A stretch of 49,705 bases of DNA, filler included, from Streblomastix strix (taxonomy: Eukaryota): the NCBI GenBank assembly GCA_008636045.1. It is 3 parts of 3 records of this genome, joined end to end, with 100 filler letters (N's around TTAATTAATTAA, not from the genome) between each part and the next. Parts side by side here need not be neighbours in the genome. Positions count along the whole stretch, not along the records: positions 16,610 to 33,113 come from SNRW01000800.1; positions 33,214 to 49,705 come from SNRW01000801.1; 1 more part is not named here. One strand, given 5' to 3'. Positions 25,472 through 36,200 of this stretch are shown here, one piece after another. Below the pieces are notes generated by a model that had not been told where the DNA came from, did not search any database, and worked only from the letters and a program-made list of their open reading frames with translations. The stretch's first letter is position 1, and each line of letters starts with the position of its first letter. A program made the translations under genes and the position numbers.

Positions 25472-27452
25472 ATGTCGTTCTCAGCATCTGACTACCTTTA
25501 AAGACTATCAAAAATGCAACACTCCGATAATATTAGTAGATACGTGCAACTTGGTGAGGTGTTAAAAACAGTATCAATTCATGCCTAATCCTTCGCAACT
25601 TCTAAGCAATAATTTTTTTAACTAGACAGTAAATTAGCTTACTTCATCAGGTGTTAGATATACACGTGCGCCGTTGGCTGCAAGAGGAACAGCAACTTGT
25701 TCAATGGTATAAACCTGCTAAGTAAATTGGACTATAACAATCCCTGCAAATATATTAGCCGTTTAATTAAATAGGTGCGAAGTTTTAGGAGCTGATGCTG
25801 ACAACTTAAATGCAAGAGTTAATTATAAAGCAAAAGCTAACCTTATTACACCAAAAGACAAAAATATGAAATAAGGGAATTAATTTTATTATGGTAAAGC
25901 TGCTGATGGTCCAGAAAATAGCGAAGATTTGAAGTTTTGGCTTGGTTTCTCCACAGTTCGCGGACCATTTAATTAGTTTGCAATATTACGAGATGCTTAG
26001 AACTTATGGAATACAGCAATATATGCGAGAGAGTAAGCAGTTATTTGTTCAAATTCATTAACAGATTTATGCACTAATAATTCCGTCAGTGTCTCACCAC
26101 TCGAAAGTATCATTGCATGCAAACGTCATTGTGGTGTATTTATTGATATACCACTTAGTGAAATAGATTAAGCAGCAGGAGGAGCTACCCCATATTTTTA
26201 TCTGATACCACATGATATAACTTTTAGCGGTGTATTAGATTTGAAACAATTAAACCCAATTTTTAACTCATTCCCAGTACTAACAAGAAACTATGCGTCA
26301 TTATACTTATAGCTATGGGTGTAAGATTTCCTTTAAGATTTAAAAATTGTATGGCTAAATAAATCAGATATTATGGGAAATAATCATCTAGCATATGCAA
26401 TGAATCCACCAGAGAAATCAGACGTTGTTTATCTTTTAAGTAGATTAGATGATGCAGACCCACTAATTTATTCAGCGTTTAATGTTAGGCTCGTTAATAT
26501 GTAAAATGTTGCAAATGATGCAAAACTACCATAAAATTCCATTAGTTAAATATCAGATGCTAAATTTGAAGAGTTAGAAATATAAAATGTATGTTTTAAT
26601 ATAGAAAATGAAGAGGCAATTATTCAGATTATAATTGCATAAAGAATAATAAATTTCCCTACACAAATCATAAGGTCCTAATCTTCAAATTTTCCCTTCA
26701 GTGGTTTTTAGGCTGTTTCTGGTAGTATGTAAAGTATAATGTTATTTGCTAATGTAAAGCACTATTCATGACATTTGCCATGCCACAATATCCTACTTGG
26801 TTTTTCCCTATACTATTTTATAACTTTAATTTGGTTGTTGATTAAAAGAATTTAATACCATAACTGTATAAAGCACTGACCCAAGCAACTAATAGCTAAA
26901 TGTTTGATTGTTTCGTTGATTAAGATGTTGTAAGTGCCCCATCAGACCTATACCATTCGCTTACTTTTGAAAATATAAACACTAAATGATAAAGATGATT
27001 TTTATGGACATGTTGATGCTGGAAGTGATTTAAAAAGCAATGCAAATATATTTTATTATACTACATTATTCAATGGAAGCAAAGCTACAAAAACATTATA
27101 CCCAAATAAATATATGCTGGCATGTAATATGGCAACTGATGACTCATTTATGTGAGGTTATAACTCTTCAAAAATTGGTGCTAGATCTAATATATAAGTG
27201 ATTTTTAACGGAAATTTGACCAAAGGTATTGTAGATACAATGCAACTAAATCCATCATAGAATTAGAATGATTTTAAGCAATTTATTGGTATGCATAGCT
27301 ATCCGGATCCACACCAGGTCGCACTAACACCTATCATGCACTATTTATGTGTAGCATTTATTCGTATAACTTTTGATGACAACCCAGATCCATAAGTATT
27401 AAGCATGGATGTTATAGGAGAGATAGGCGGGTCATCAATTAGAAGCGGTTGA
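25472..27452 (+). pseudogene. Probable major capsid protein (~660 codons), disrupted
   Basis: MSFSASDYLQRLSK...FWLGFST..GPFNQFAI..LWNTAIYAREQAVI...DLKQLNPIFNSFPVLTRNYASLYLQLW...IGEIGGSSIRSG-TGA (27450-27452). Frameshifts at ~25616, ~26757 and ~26985; in-frame TGA at 27153-27155. Capsid identity is inferred from size, beta-rich composition and context, not from a recognised motif. Confidence 0.55.
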
Positions 27453-27453
27453 G

Positions 27454-27477
27454 TAAGGACACCGTAAGGGGTCCCTA
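27454..27477. terminator. GC-rich hairpin between convergent viral genes
   Basis: TAAGGACACC-GTAA-GGGGTCCCTA directly after the capsid-ORF stop. The terminator role is inferred. Confidence 0.4.
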
Positions 27478-27515
27478 ATGATTAATGGGTAAAAATAATT
27501 GCAATAATTGGTTTA

Positions 27516-27891
27516 TCATTATTTTTGTTTATTAATCATGGCGGTCTGCTTTGCAGCCCTGGTTCATCCATATATTGAATTCCTAACCTCTTCACTAATA
27601 TCTTCGCTATCCATTTTTATCTATGCAATTATTAATATAGAACTAAGCAAATTATTACAAGCTATAACCATTAATGATATACTAGTAATTATTTCCAAAA
27701 CCATTTATATAAAATTAAAACTAAATTTTTCACCGGCAAATTTTCGATTCGCAAACATACTTTATTGCTGCATCCCAAATAATTTTAAAGATTGCATGCC
27801 AATTTATATTTTATTACTCAAACGAATAATTGATGTACTACGTGCTAATGCTTTCATTAAATCCTTTGCTTGCTAGACCTAAGGGCTCCAT
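27516..27891 (-). pseudogene. Hypothetical viral protein (~125 codons) with a hydrophobic segment; degraded
   Basis: ATG at 27891 preceded by TTTTAAAAATAAATAA. The best frame (QVQQAKDLMKALARSTSIIRL...VLEIITSISLMVIACNNLLSSILII) needs a frameshift near the start and has an in-frame TGA at 27564-27566. Confidence 0.4.
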
Positions 27892-27909
27892 TTATTTATT
27901 TTTAAAATG

Positions 27910-28672
27910 TTAAGCTGATTAATTATGAATAGCATAAGAATCGCAAAACTACACGCAAAAGTCATCAGGTAAATGAAGCTAGCACATCATATTAATTACT
28001 ACGTTACCATTTGGATTAATAAAACAATCTATAGGAATGGATCCGGTCCAATCTATTGGATAATCTAATACCTTTTACGCAAACATAACAGCATTAATGG
28101 GAATGTTATGCGGGGTACCTGAAAATTTTGACTTTATGGCGTTATTTATAATTGAAAACATAGTAAATCCAGATTCCGTTAATGCGTTAGGATCTGAATG
28201 AGTTATTTACAACGATATATATACTCGACTATTTTACGTTGTTAATGTTCCCCAAATTAAATGTTCATACATTCCATAAGCAATTGATTAGTACGTAGCA
28301 TTTTAAATAGGTTCATAGTCTAATTTGTCTTTATCTATCGTATCACCATTAGCTAGTAAAATTTGATTACTTGCACCATTATTTTTAACGAATTTTTCAG
28401 CAACAATATGCTGTAAAAAAGTCTTTACTCCATTAATCACCTGATTAGTACGTAAATTTACATAATCAATTGAATTTCTGAAAAATTAACTTAAATAATT
28501 GAAGTATTTTATAATATCGTTATCCACTATTTATAAAAGAGTATTTTTTTATCTAGTTTAATTTTGCAATTTTTCCTGTATTTTTTTTTTATAGTCTTTT
28601 TTGCTATTATTACTGGGTTATCAAATCATCCTCATCTAACAATGTTAAATCGCTAATTGGTTAATCGTTCAT
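27910..28672 (-). pseudogene. Second, shorter fibre-like or minor structural protein (~250 aa)
   Basis: MNDQPISDLTLLDEDDL..(frameshift in T10 run 28581-28590)..YVNLRTNQVINGVKTF..KFVKNNGASNQILLANGDT..DCFINPNGNV..DSYAIHN. Shares the KFxKxxG...IL.ANGDT motif with the large fibre. The 3' end is uncertain (next in-frame TGA at 27730). Confidence 0.6.
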
Positions 28673-28696
28673 TTTATAATTCAAAAATAAATCTTA

Positions 28697-29266
28697 TCAT
28701 TCGTAATTTCCATTTCGTAGTTTATCAAGATATATTTTAATACGTTTATTTTTAATGTCATACACCCATATGTATTAGTATTATTATTATTTTTAGGTAA
28801 TAACATGTAATTTTCGAAACTTAAGACCATTATGATAATACACATTAAAATCTTAGTCAAAACTATATCCTTCTAAATCGTGCGCATTATATAAATCTAG
28901 TCATTAACTACCTACTGGTAATTCATCAAAATATTCAAATGGCCCTCCGTCATAACCAGATAAATTTTTCATATTATCTGCCGTAGAAACCCAACGCAAA
29001 TTTTCAAGTCGATTATCAGTTTTAATATGATTTTTATGATCAATGTCAGGTAAGTTATCGGGATTTGGTAAGAATTAATTAGCTAAAACACGATGATATT
29101 AATAATCTATAGAGTTTAATTTAATACGATTATATCCGCTTTTTTTAATAAACAATATTTTTGGTATAAATCCATTTGAAATTCTTCGAATAATATATGG
29201 TTCTACATTCAAAATTTAATAATCTTCATCAACAACTAACCGAATAAAGACATTAATTTCTTCCAT
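28697..29266 (-). pseudogene. HNH homing endonuclease (HNH_3-type); C-terminal part frameshifted
   Basis: YHRVLANQFLPNPDNLPDIDHKNHIKTDNRLENLRWVSTADN. First in-frame TGA at 28901-28903; coding-like sequence continues in shifted frames to a TGA at 28697. Confidence 0.85.
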
Positions 29267-29320
29267 TTTTATAATAGATTAAAAAAAATAATAAAAAAAT
29301 AAATAAGGATAAAATAATTT

Positions 29321-29980
29321 TCAAAAATCATTTTCTGTTATTTCCATCTCTGGTGCTTCGTTTATACGGATGAAGTCGCAATTTACTCGATAAAGTTTTT
29401 CAATAGAATTATATAGCACATTATCCAATACTTTTACAGATAAATTTTTTATTAAAATATCTTATACTCTAATAAGGTCCTTTTTCTTGAGTTTCTTTAA
29501 TATGCAAGTATGCGGTTATATAATTGCTTCCTCAAGCATTATTTCAACATCATTTTCATCATTCTGCGTGATGAGTGCCCAGAATTTTATTAAATTATTA
29601 GATGAAAAAACAAAATCATCTCCTCGTTATCTGTGGGTAATGGTGCGCCAAATAACATCGATCACAAACTTTTATACCATGAGATTAGGATGTGATAGGT
29701 ATATACTTTTTGGTTATTCTTCTGCTAGCTATTAAATTGCCTCTTCTGGTAATACTTATGCGGTTGTTCTATCAACCTCCTAATGCTTATTTATGTTATA
29801 TTTTTTATGCGGTATGTTTTCATTCTAATTTTCAAAAGGTTTTTATTGTGCTGTTTCTTAGTCTGTTGGCATTATTTTTATACGATTAATTTCCTTATCA
29901 ATTAGTTAGAGTCTAATTTTATCCTCATCAATAAGATCTATTTTCTTGATATCCGACATTTATTTTTTACTTTTCGACAT
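29321..29980 (-). CDS. Hypothetical viral protein (219 aa)
   Basis: MSKSKKQMSDIKKIDLIDEDKIRLQLIDKEINRI... open to TGA at 29321 with TAA/TAG = Gln. Confidence 0.7.
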
Positions 29981-30037
29981 TCTTACTTAGTTTCTTTCAA
30001 CACCCTTTATCATTTTATTAATTTTTAAAATATTAAA

Positions 30038-30733
30038 ATGGAATTATCGCATGCTCTTAAGAATTTGATAGAAAACGGAACAAATATTGAATACTTTGAT
30101 AAGGGTTATGTCGCATAGATTAACAAATAAATAAAAATATATGAGGATTGCAAAAAGCAACTGCGAAAATTGACATAAACATAATAAAATATGCTATTGC
30201 TATAAGCTCGTGGAGGTGAAGAAATAAAGAAAAAACCATCAAAATAAATAGTTTAAAAATAGATTGTGGATGATGAAGAAGATTTTATAAATTATGAAAA
30301 ATAGGAGAAAAGACACAGAGATATACAGGAAGATATGAATGAAAGCGATGATGAAACGATTAGCTAAAGCGAAAGACCCGAAAATAGGACATAGTCCTTT
30401 GAGAGAATCGAAAGACCAATAAAACATTTCCGTGAGGCTAAACAACCACATAAAAAAGTTATAAAAGCATTAAAATAGCCATAAATCAACTATACTAATC
30501 CATAAATAGATTTGGAAGAATTAATACGTTTAAGAACTGAAAATAATTTCAAAAAGTAATAGCATTAAGACGCTATAAAATAAATAGAGAAATACAAGCA
30601 AAAAATAAAACGTTATAAGTAACCAAAATAAGACATTGAAAAATAAGAAGCCCCGGAAATTTAACAGAAATAACCACAACAGATTTATAAACATGAACAA
30701 CCACAATTTAGCGAATATGATTTATATAATTGA
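30038..30733 (+). CDS. Hypothetical viral charged/coiled-coil protein (231 aa)
   Basis: MELSHALKNLIENGTNIEYFDKGYVAQINKQIK... open to TGA 30731-30733. Upstream motif TTTTTAAAATATTAAAATG. Confidence 0.7.
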
Positions 30734-30784
30734 AAGAATTATTCTAATTTAAACAATTATTTAATTATTTTAATTATATTAAAA

Positions 30785-31350
30785 ATGGACTACCTGGACG
30801 ACATGGAGTATCATTAATAGTATTGGTAAAACGAAGAGAAAAAACTAATAAAAGAATAAAAATACTGGGACAGAATAATTTTAAAAAATTGTAACCAAGA
30901 ATAAAACGACTGAGAGATTTAACGTATAATTTGTGAGTTAAAATATGCGCGTAAAATATTAAGTGAATTAGATAAAGCCATGGCAATGAAAACAAATATT
31001 ATCAATATAGACGAATAGGGTAAAATAGGCTCTATTGGTAATATTCCATGGAATAATTTACATAAATTTTAGCTATCAGATAATTAACTACTTTTAACAA
31101 TGAAACAACAGAAGGATTACGAAGAAAAAATAAAAACTCTTAACGGTGATGAACTTTTTAATTATATTAATGAAATGCGAACGCTTACCTAGAAGTACAA
31201 CAAAATACGTAATGAGCATGTAGAACAAGAAAAATAACGCAAACGTTAATGGCTAGAAGAAATTGATGAAGAAATAAAACAATCAAAATAACGCTTACGT
31301 TAATAGCTAGAAGAAGCCAATGATTGTTTTTTTTGGAGTTGTTTGATGAA
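30785..31350 (+). pseudogene. Hypothetical viral coiled-coil protein with an internal TGA; 3' end approximate
   Basis: MDYLDDMEYHQQYWQNEEKK...; in-frame TGA at 30911-30913, after which the same frame continues as EIQRIICELKYARKIL...EQEKQRKRQWLEEID. Confidence 0.5.
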
Positions 31351-31480
31351 AACTTATTATTTTTATTATAACATTTATTATATATAAAATTATTTTATCC
31401 CAATTATATAAGCCATTCATCAAGAAAAAAATTTTGTCGTATTGGCGGCTCGACTAGCCTTTTTTTTGACAATTTTTTAC

Positions 31481-31507
31481 CCGGAACACCTGGAACACCT
31501 GGAACGG
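31481..31507. repeat. Three tandem 9-bp GGAAC-containing repeats
   Basis: CCGGAACAC CTGGAACAC CTGGAACGG; a GC-rich island just past the last viral ORF. Confidence 0.8.
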
Positions 31508-31732
31508 TCCGTGGCTATGGCATTTTTTGTTAAAACTCCATGCTAAAATTATTATATAAATTATATGTATCCATTATTTGTTGTTATATATTATTATAAA
31601 TTTATGTGGGGACTTTTTGGAGATATTTTTTTAAAAACCATTTTTTAACTGTTATTTATTTATTTTAATTATTTTATATAAGGGGTTCATATTCATTATT
31701 TATTATAAGTCTCCGACATTTTTTAACAAAAA

Positions 31733-31982
31733 AGTAGTGTATAATGGTTATTTATGCAATAACTTCAAAAGGTATTAGTATTTATAAAAAACCACGCAAG
31801 TTATTTTTTTTTGATTGATGGTTTAACAAATACAATAATATTTTCGAACAAAGGCGTTAGCAAGCTGTGAGAAAATTTTATAAATTTGAAGGCCAAAAAT
31901 CTTAAAAAATGAAGGAGTGGAGATTTTTTATAAAACTGAACACTTTTTGAAGTTGGGGCATAAATCACCGTTATATACTACT
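31733..31982. repeat. 250-bp unit bounded by ~60-bp imperfect inverted repeats with AGTAGT...ACTACT ends
   Basis: 31733-31791 AGTAGTGTATAATGGTTATTTATGCAATAACTTCAAAAGGTATTAGTATTTATAAAAAA versus the reverse complement of 31924-31982 AGTAGTATATAACGGTGATTTATGCCCCAACTTCAAAAAGTGTTCAGTTTTATAAAAAA. Confidence 0.8.
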
Positions 31983-32659
31983 AGTATCAATGAACTCTTT
32001 CAAATTTTTATTTGTATAATTATTTAAAAATAACATTAATTATGACTACTATTATTTAAAAGCATTCCTACGTGATATATACTTAATTTATTTTTTCTTG
32101 CAAAAAAATCATTTATTTTGTTTTATATATATGTATGTAAAGTATTTTTTTGTATTATCATACCATTTCGTCAGAATGAGAAAATGATCAAATGCTGACG
32201 AAGAAATTCACTGATTATTTAAAAAACGCATTTAATACGTTTTTCTCACCGTATAATGTATATTTTGCGTCAGTCTTAACAATATTCTTTATCATAGTTC
32301 ATTATTATTCTTAATTATCTAATTTATTAATAATAATTATTGTTGAACTGATTAAAAAAGCAAATATTACTTCAATTTCAATAATTAAATGATTTACCTT
32401 TTTGAAAAGCATAATCATCATATTAATGAAAATAACAATAGATGCAATTTTGATAAAATACAAGAACATATATTATAAATCGTTTATATTCTAATTCTAT
32501 CAATTACATAATAATTATCATAATCATTATAATTCAAACAACTTTTTTTTCTTCATAGAATACATTAATTCCTTCACTTGCAATAATAAAAAAAGTTAAT
32601 GATTGTAAAGTAGAAAGAAAAAATAACAAAGATTTAATCAAGAAACAGAGAAAACCATC

Positions 32660-32880
32660 TCACTATTGTTATATTGGATTGTTATTTGATTAAATTTCTT
32701 TTTCTTCTTTATAAATTTTATATTTATTTATTATTTTGATTATTAATAATCTTCAACCTTATAAACAGAAGAAAGAATCTAAAATATTTTATCATTTGCA
32801 AATCCATTAACTATTTCATCTGCAAACCACATTTCTAATCTACTGGTTAATACAGAATTTGTTCAAATTCATTATTTGCC
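32660..32880 (-). CDS. Probable 3'-terminal exon of an unidentified host gene (remainder upstream or in the gap)
   Basis: VLTSRLEMWFADEIVNGFANDKIFQILSSVYKVEDYQQ...QQQ-TGA at 32660, preceded by an intron-like AT-rich tract ending in AG. No ABC motifs. Confidence 0.35.
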
Positions 32881-33113
32881 TTTTTAATTTTTAAAATTTT
32901 TAATATAAAATAACTAATAATATCATAAAACTCGAAATAAGTTAGATAGATAATTAACAAGCAGCAATCAACCAATTATCCAAAAATTGGATTCAAACTT
33001 TCAAAATATTTTTATTTATACTAATCAGCAAAGTATTATTTATCAATTTTTCAGATTAATTTATATAAAAATAATTATTACTTGCCAAATTTAATAAATA
33101 TTTAAATAATTTA

Positions 33114-33213
33114 NNNNNNNNNNNNNNNNNNNNNNNNNNNNNNNNNNNNNNNNNNNNTTAATTAATTAANNNNNNNNNNNNNNNNNNNNNNNNNNNNNNN
33201 NNNNNNNNNNNNN
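33114..33213. other. Assembly gap (N run with a TTAATTAATTAA spacer)
   Basis: 100-nt N block, same design as 16510-16609. Confidence 0.97.
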
Positions 33214-33249
33214 AATAAAATAATAATTAAAAATAAACTTACAAAATAC

Positions 33250-36200
33250 CTCAAATAAAGTTGGATCTTGTGGAGTTGTAGCAATATTCGATCTTAATGT
33301 AGTGACTCCCATATCTCTTTATATGTCTCTGCCATCAATAAGAATGTATGATGGTTTGTATTATTATGATGAAGATGAAGATTATTAATTATTATCTTAT
33401 ATTTATTCATTTTCTTCATCTTTTGGGTTTCTTTCAGCTTCAACTAATCTAAGCAATGTTAATAATATCGTAGATTTACCTGATCCTGTTCTTCCAACTA
33501 TACCAACCTATAATAAACAATATCATATAATAGTAAATAAACAATATATTAATATCTTCAATATATTATTATTAGTTATAATAACCTTACTCCCTCCTTT
33601 AATGTGAATATCAACATGGTCAAGCACACGTTATAGACCTTCTCTGTATCTGACACAAACATTACTAAATTATATGTCACCTTTAGAAGGCCAATTCTTG
33701 TACACTGTAAAAGAAGGAGTAATTTTCTTATTTTTCTATTTCTTTGATTTGGGTTTATTTTATTTCTTTGGTTTTGAAGCAGATTTTCTTTTTGTGTTTT
33801 GACTGAGCAATTATCTGTCATTTTCATTTCCTTATTCTTCTCTTTCTTTCTCTTCTCTTTCTTCTTTCTCTTTCTCTCTTTATTTATATTCATAATCTTT
33901 CTCTTCCTATTCAATATCATATATTTCTCTTAATTTCTCAACTGATGCCATTTCATTCTCAAGAAATGATGTCATTCTTATTAAATGTCCAATATTACTA
34001 ATGGTTCCTTATGAAAGAGATAAAGCTAATCCAAAATTGGACATTTTAGCAACTGATGAGTAATAATTGAGTATAAATATTATTAAAATATATTAAATTA
34101 ATAAATGATTTCATATTTTTATATTTAAATTAATAAATACCTCCACCAATCCCTTTAATCATGGTTCCAACAATTCCAATCACAAACATCATTCCAGCTG
34201 CTATTATTTCTAAAAATAATGACTAAAATCTACTTAATGATAATTATATAAATGAAGCTGATAAAGATATATTTAAATAATCATCGTGTGATCTAATGAA
34301 ATATGACTTAATAATGGAAAATAATATACAATGATAAAAAAATGATGTGAATATATATGATTATTAAAAATTACCATTTCTGACATAATTTATTATTTTA
34401 TTCACATTTTTATATTATTGTATTTACTAAACCTATTTATCAAATGCTCTTATTGTTTAAGCGCCAGACAAACATTACTACAAATTATGGATAATCAGAG
34501 TTCTTGTTAATGAAAAGAATCTAATTAAAATAGAAAGAAGGAAATAAGAAATTAAAAACGAAAGAAAATGATAATAAAATAAAATAAATAATTATATTTA
34601 CCTTCTAACATTAAGCATGGCTTTAGACAACTTATTTTATATAACAATGAATAATAACATCATTGGAAGCAGTGGAAGTGCTAACCACGGCATTGATATT
34701 ACTGTTCCTACAATAATGAATAAGTGAAAATTAAAAGAATAAAAGATTATTAAAGGAATAAAATATACCTGCAAATGATACAATAACAATAAAGAAGTTG
34801 GTAACAAAGTTTATAAGATGAACTGGAATTGCTTCATCAGCTGCCTACAATTAAATAAATAGGAAAAATAAATTAAAATAATATTTCAATAAATTTTCCT
34901 TCAATTTATCAATAATTAATCGTTAATATGTAATACTTATTAATCTTTGGATATTCTATTTAATAATCTTCCAGTTGGTGTAATATCAAAGAATTATATT
35001 GGAGCATTTAAAATCTTCTTAATTACTTTAGATCCAATGTTCTTTGCAGCTTATTAGCTTGCCTTCAATTATATGGAAGAAAATAAATTTAAATATAAAA
35101 TAAAATAAAATATTGCATTTTATTATTATTAAATATATTATTAATTTTTATACTTTTAATAATAATAAATTTCTTGGAAATATTAGTACTAATGAGACAA
35201 TACTCAGTACGAAGAAGAATAAGAAATATTAATATTATGAGATAGAAGTCTATAATATTGGAGAAGGCAGAGAATTAGAAGAATAAAATAATGTTCGAAT
35301 TGTTGATGATATGAAGATGAAACTTGGAATCAAAATCTTTCTCATTAATTTCTCATATGGTCTTTAATTCCTATATTCATATTCTAATTAGCATCAACAT
35401 ATATTAGTTCTTTCTTTATCAATATCTTCTTTATCTTCTTCTCCATTATCATTAGCCCACCATCCTAATACATACTGACTTCCAACTTTAGTTCCTTCAC
35501 TCAATAAGAAAATCAATATAACAGTTATTATTAAGAAATACTTTGCATTCTTAATATAGAATAAATATATTGATAATGAAACATGACCTTATGTTGTATC
35601 TTCAGCCGATGTGAGTTTTCCTTTTTGTTATTGTTGTTATTATGATGTTAATTAATAATCATTATTATTTTCTTATTACTCTTTGATCTATTTCTTTTAT
35701 TTAATTTCATATGATTTAATATTATTATCTTCTAGATTCTATTTCAATTTATCATTATATGTCTTATCTCCTTTCATTTTACCTTCTTAATCAATTTCAT
35801 TTCCAATATATTCACCAACTCTATCAACAAATAGAGAAGGTGGACCTGAGAAATATAAATAATATGAATTGGAGAGTAAATATATGAATGAATGAAATAT
35901 AATTAAATAATAATAATTTTTTACTTAATTTAGTTTTAATTATATAGTCTGTACCTTCCATCTCAATGTTTCCTTTTGAGTCTAATGAAATAACATAATC
36001 AAAGAAGTGCATATATTTTGTATGGTGAGTTGCCATTATTATTAATTTCTATTTGTTTATCTGATTATCAGAAGAAGGAAATTGTGTTGGTGAAGGAGAA
36101 GTGGATGGAGTTGAATAATTAGATGAATCATATGATGGAGACGAATGAGATTAAATATTAGACTGAATTGTATTGTTTATTTTCTCTATTTTCTCATTTT

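Larger units (their letters stand above)
16610..31510. mobile_element. Endogenous Polinton-like virus / Polinton-Maverick-type element; left end hidden by the gap, boundaries approximate
   Basis: Contiguous block of intronless, tightly packed ORFs including pPolB, A32-like ATPase, capsid-sized ORF, fibre-like proteins and HNH nuclease, contrasting with intron-rich host genes on both sides. Confidence 0.88.

Noticed and set aside
27908..27919. Apparent plus-strand ATG head-to-head with the 27891 gene
   Set aside because: ATG TTA AGC TGA stops at once, and the region is the antisense of the second fibre-like gene.
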